Assembly (NCBI GenBank): GCA_040004415.1
Contig: JBDUAY010000001.1
Span: 1 to 60,734 of the forward strand
DNA length: 60,734 nt
Origin: Bacteroidota bacterium
GTDB taxonomy: Bacteria; Bacteroidota; Bacteroidia; Chitinophagales; Chitinophagaceae
Direction: 5' to 3'
The position numbers and the translations under genes were made by a program. Below, one piece after another: positions 57,642-60,734 of this stretch (its first letter is position 1; each line of letters opens with the position of its first letter). Below the pieces are notes generated by a model. That model saw only the letters and a list, made by a program, of their open reading frames with translations, searched no databases and was not told the origin of the DNA.

Positions 57642-58274
57642 ATGAGAATAAAAGTATGCGGCATGACCCAGATTGAACAGGTAGATAAGCTGGCAGATTT
57701 AGGGGTTACTTTCGCGGGGTTTATTTTTTATCCGAAGAGTCCGCGATATGTTTTTAAGCATATGACGACTACCCAAATCCGTAAAGAGAACAATATAAAT
57801 AAAGTGGGTGTTTTTGTAAATGCCCCGGTTGAAGAAGTGTTACATATGGTTGATGAGTGCCGCCTGCATATGGTACAATTGCATGGAGATGAAAGCCCGA
57901 AGTATTGTGAGAAGATTGCGGATTATGTATCCGTAGTAAAGGCTTTCCGGTTGAGTGACAATGACAGTGTAGAGTGGATGATACGGCCTTTTATGGATGT
58001 GTGTGATATGTTTATGTTTGATACAATGGGCGCAGGATATGGCGGCACGGGTAAAAAATTTGATTGGAACATATTGCAGGGCCAAACCATTGGCAAGCCA
58101 TTTTTTCTAAGCGGCGGAATTGAGCCAGGAGATGAAGAAAAATTGAAAGCGTTTACAGCAGCGCCTGTCGCAAAAGCTTTATTTGCTATTGATATCAACA
58201 GCAAGTTTGAATTGGCACCCGGAATTAAAGAATTGGATAAAGTGCGCTTGTTTGCCGATAATCTAAAAGAGTAA
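57642..58274 (+). CDS. trpF: Phosphoribosylanthranilate isomerase (copy 1)
   Basis: It has IKVCGMT (catalytic Cys), VQLHGDE, FDT...GGTGKKFDW and FLSGGI. Confidence 0.9.
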   Translation: MRIKVCGMTQIEQVDKLADLGVTFAGFIFYPKSPRYVFKHMTTTQIRKENNINKVGVFVNAPVEEVLHMVDECRLHMVQLHGDESPKYCEKIADYVSVVKAFRLSDNDSVEWMIRPFMDVCDMFMFDTMGAGYGGTGKKFDWNILQGQTIGKPFFLSGGIEPGDEEKLKAFTAAPVAKALFAIDINSKFELAPGIKELDKVRLFADNLKE

Positions 58275-58407
58275 GAACAAGTAGAAACAGATGAACGTTA
58301 ACACTTGTTATTGAATATTATACCTTGTAACATGGTCAACTTTTAATAATAAATACGCAGCTCAATAAAAAAGATATCACATATAAATTTTTAATAAAGA
58401 ATCAGAT

Positions 58408-59037
58408 ATGAATATTAAGGTGTGCGGTATAACAACGCTAAAGCAATTACAGCAATTAGATGGAATGGATATTGATTTTGCCGGATTGATTTTTTACAAA
58501 GGTTCCCCGCGGTACGTGGTCGATAAACTATCTGCCAAAGATGTTAAGGCATTGGATCTTGATGTAAAAAAAGTAGGCGTATTTGTAAATGCTGAATTTA
58601 AAGAAGTGATGCAGGCAATAGACGATTATGCACTGGATGTGGTACAGTTGCACGGAGACGAAACACCCTACCAGTGTGAAGAATTGTCGGAGCATACAGA
58701 AGTAATAAAAGTATTCAGCATCGGTGACGCGGATAAAGACATTGATGAAATAGTAGCGGAGTACGATGATGTCTGCGATTATTATCTGTTTGATACATCT
58801 GTTAATGGTGCCAAAGGCGGAACTGGCAAAAAATTCGACTGGAAAAAGTTGAGCAAAAGTAAAATTGAAAAACCTTTCTTCTTAAGTGGCGGTATTGAAC
58901 TGGAAGATGCCGTAAAATTAAAAGCAATCAAACATCCCGATTTCTATGGTGTAGATATTAACAGCAGGTTTGAAAAAGAAGCGGGTGTTAAGGATATGGC
59001 CAAAGTGTTACAATTTAAACTGGCATTGAAAAAATAG
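58408..59037 (+). CDS. Phosphoribosylanthranilate isomerase paralog (copy 2)
   Basis: It keeps the same motif set (IKVCGIT, VQLHGDE, FDT...GGTGKKFDW, FLSGGI) but is clearly diverged from copy 1. Confidence 0.85.
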   Translation: MNIKVCGITTLKQLQQLDGMDIDFAGLIFYKGSPRYVVDKLSAKDVKALDLDVKKVGVFVNAEFKEVMQAIDDYALDVVQLHGDETPYQCEELSEHTEVIKVFSIGDADKDIDEIVAEYDDVCDYYLFDTSVNGAKGGTGKKFDWKKLSKSKIEKPFFLSGGIELEDAVKLKAIKHPDFYGVDINSRFEKEAGVKDMAKVLQFKLALKK

Positions 59038-59041
59038 TTGA

Positions 59042-59524
59042 ATGCAAATAACAGTTTACAGCAAGGAATATGAACAACTGGTGATCGATCTTATTTTAAA
59101 TATTCAGCAAAATGAATTTGGCGTGCCGGTTACTATTGCCGATCAGCCAGACTTGCTGAATGTTACTAGTTTTTATTGCAGGGACATGGGAAATTTTTGG
59201 ATAGCAACGGAAGATAAAAGACTAATTGGCACCATTGCTTTAATTGATATCGGAAACAAACAATCTGCGTTGCGAAAGATGTTTGTTGATAAAGATTATC
59301 GCGGAAAAGATAAAGGAATAGGTCAGCAATTACTAGATTATGTAATTGGTTGGTCCAGGCAGAAAAGGATTGACGAGATATACCTTGGAACTTTTGACAA
59401 ATTAGTGGCAGCACAAAAGTTTTATTTGAAGAATGGTTTTGTTGAAATAGAAAAGAAGGCATTGCCAGCAGCTTTTCCCGTGATGCCGGTAGACAATATG
59501 TTTTTTAAATTATCTGTGAAATAA
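59042..59524 (+). CDS. GNAT family N-acetyltransferase
   Basis: It has the RKMFVDKDYRGKDKGIGQQLL acetyl-CoA-binding motif and is ~160 aa. It starts 4 nt after trpF copy 2. Confidence 0.75.
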   Translation: MQITVYSKEYEQLVIDLILNIQQNEFGVPVTIADQPDLLNVTSFYCRDMGNFWIATEDKRLIGTIALIDIGNKQSALRKMFVDKDYRGKDKGIGQQLLDYVIGWSRQKRIDEIYLGTFDKLVAAQKFYLKNGFVEIEKKALPAAFPVMPVDNMFFKLSVK

Positions 59525-59549
59525 TTTTTTTCACCAGCACTGTATTGAG

Positions 59550-60041
59550 ATGATTCATGTTAGGAATGCTACAGAAAATGATTTGCCGGCAATATTAACT
59601 ATTTATAATGATGTGATTTTAAATACGACGGCTGTGTATGATTATGAACCACATACACTTGAGATGCGTACTGTATGGTTCAATACAAAAAAAGAACAGG
59701 GGTTTCCGGTTTTTGTAGCAATGGAAGATGATAAAATTATAGGATTGAGTTCTATCGGACCTTTCAGGGCGTGGGCGGCATATAAATTTTCAGTTGAGAA
59801 TTCAATATATGTAGCAGCAGAAGCAAGAGGGAAAGGAATTGCAAAGCTGTTGATGCCACCCACCATTGAAGCGGCGAAGCAATTGGGTATGCATACTATG
59901 CTTGCTGGAATTGATGCCAGCAATGTGGCGAGTATACAATTGCACCGGCATTTTGGATTTGAAGAAGTAGCACATTTTAAACAGGTTGGTTACAAATTTA
60001 ACAGGTGGCTTGACTTGAAATTTTTACAATTGATTGTTTGA
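59550..60041 (+). CDS. GNAT acetyltransferase of the phosphinothricin/methionine-sulfoximine N-acetyltransferase (PAT) type
   Basis: IR.AT..DLPAILTIYND.I..TTAVYDYEP......WF and RGKGIAKLL follow the typical PAT layout. Confidence 0.7.
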   Translation: MIHVRNATENDLPAILTIYNDVILNTTAVYDYEPHTLEMRTVWFNTKKEQGFPVFVAMEDDKIIGLSSIGPFRAWAAYKFSVENSIYVAAEARGKGIAKLLMPPTIEAAKQLGMHTMLAGIDASNVASIQLHRHFGFEEVAHFKQVGYKFNRWLDLKFLQLIV

Positions 60042-60166
60042 ACGGGATAGCTGTTATTTATCGGATTTGTGAGAAGGAATGGTATCGGTTATCCTGCCAT
60101 CTAGTAGTCCGGTTAATCGAAAATGCAGAAAATGTTGAGTCAGGATAAATTTAATAATAGTGAGTT

Positions 60167-60734
60167 ATGATAAACAGAACAATTCCATTAGGAAAATATA
60201 AAGGCACTTATCAGCAACCAAATATTTTTGGTTATTACGGTAATTTCGGCGGCGCCTACATACCAGAGATGCTTCATCGCAATGTGGAAGAATTGAAAAC
60301 GCGTTACCTGGAGATTATGTACGATGCAGCATTTCAAAAAGAATTTCATGCGTTGCTGAAGGATTATGTCGGTCGCCCCACACCATTATACCTGGCAGAA
60401 CGATTAAGTAAAGAATTCAATACACAGATTTATTTAAAGCGGGAAGATCTTTGTCATACCGGTGCGCATAAAATTAATAATACCATCGGCCAGATTTTAT
60501 TGGCGCAGCGCCTGGGCAAGAAAAGAATTATTGCTGAGACAGGCGCTGGTCAGCATGGCGTAGCAACGGCGACTGTTTGCGCATTAAAAGGCGTTGAATG
60601 CATTGTATACATGGGCGAAAAAGATATAGAACGGCAGGCACCCAATGTGGCAAGAATGAAAATGCTGGGCGCGAAAGTGATACCGGCACTAAGCGGTAGT
60701 AAAACATTGAAAGATGCCACCAATGAGGCTATTC
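60167..60734 (+). CDS. trpB: Tryptophan synthase beta chain, 5' part (runs off the window)
   Basis: My translation from ATG 60167 reads ...[10 protein letters not shown]...[10 protein letters not shown]...[14 protein letters not shown]...[12 protein letters not shown]. Confidence 0.9.
   Translation, partial: MINRTIPLGKYKGTYQQPNIFGYYGNFGGAYIPEMLHRNVEELKTRYLEIMYDAAFQKEFHALLKDYVGRPTPLYLAERLSKEFNTQIYLKREDLCHTGAHKINNTIGQILLAQRLGKKRIIAETGAGQHGVATATVCALKGVECIVYMGEKDIERQAPNVARMKMLGAKVIPALSGSKTLKDATNEAI

Noticed and set aside
1-60734. I searched the whole window for tRNA, rRNA, transposase, integrase, toxin-antitoxin or known defence-system genes.
   Set aside because: No T-loop-type tRNA signatures, rRNA-like stretches, DDE/tyrosine-recombinase motifs or nuclease/helicase defence modules were recognised. 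The only nuclease-like gene is the decayed GxxExxY ORF.

Overview
The window is a 60.7 kb chromosomal segment that looks like Bacteroidota, probably a Chitinophagia or Sphingobacteriia-type organism. The cues are a T9SS C-terminal sorting domain, TAnnTTTG-type promoter boxes, no Shine-Dalgarno dependence and many DUF-type envelope genes. It is mostly housekeeping: rplU (5' end), sucC, tsaC, cca, miaA, proS, truB, tal, an SRP RNA, a partial his operon (hisG-hisD-hisC-hisB) and a trp operon (trpE-G-D-C-F...B).

I found no rRNA, tRNA, CRISPR array, transposase, integrase or recognisable defence genes. The best-supported points of interest are:
- Two leader-peptide attenuators. A His-codon leader with a complete 1:2/2:3/3:4 alternative-pairing set sits upstream of hisG, and a WWW leader sits upstream of trpE.
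- A tightly packed six-gene membrane/AAA+ cluster of unknown function: RDD <> SpoIIM-like, DUF4129, DUF4350, MoxR and DUF58.
- Both amino-acid operons are interrupted by foreign-looking cargo. The his operon carries a 375-nt non-coding gap with a dispersed 53-nt GC-hairpin repeat, then a periplasmic sGDH-like dehydrogenase and a cytochrome c abutting hisB. The trp operon carries a frameshifted GxxExxY gene flanked by a duplicated trpD start, a second trpF paralog and two GNAT acetyltransferases.
- A divergent sucrose-phosphate-synthase / GH32-like pair.
- Several decayed genes: an acyltransferase-3 pseudogene, a split secreted-protein ORF and a GT9 gene without an ATG start.
- Repeat structures: a tandem 113-nt duplication of the sucC terminator region and a TETQ-type inverted repeat.

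All functional calls come from reading motifs in the supplied translations. No database search was run.
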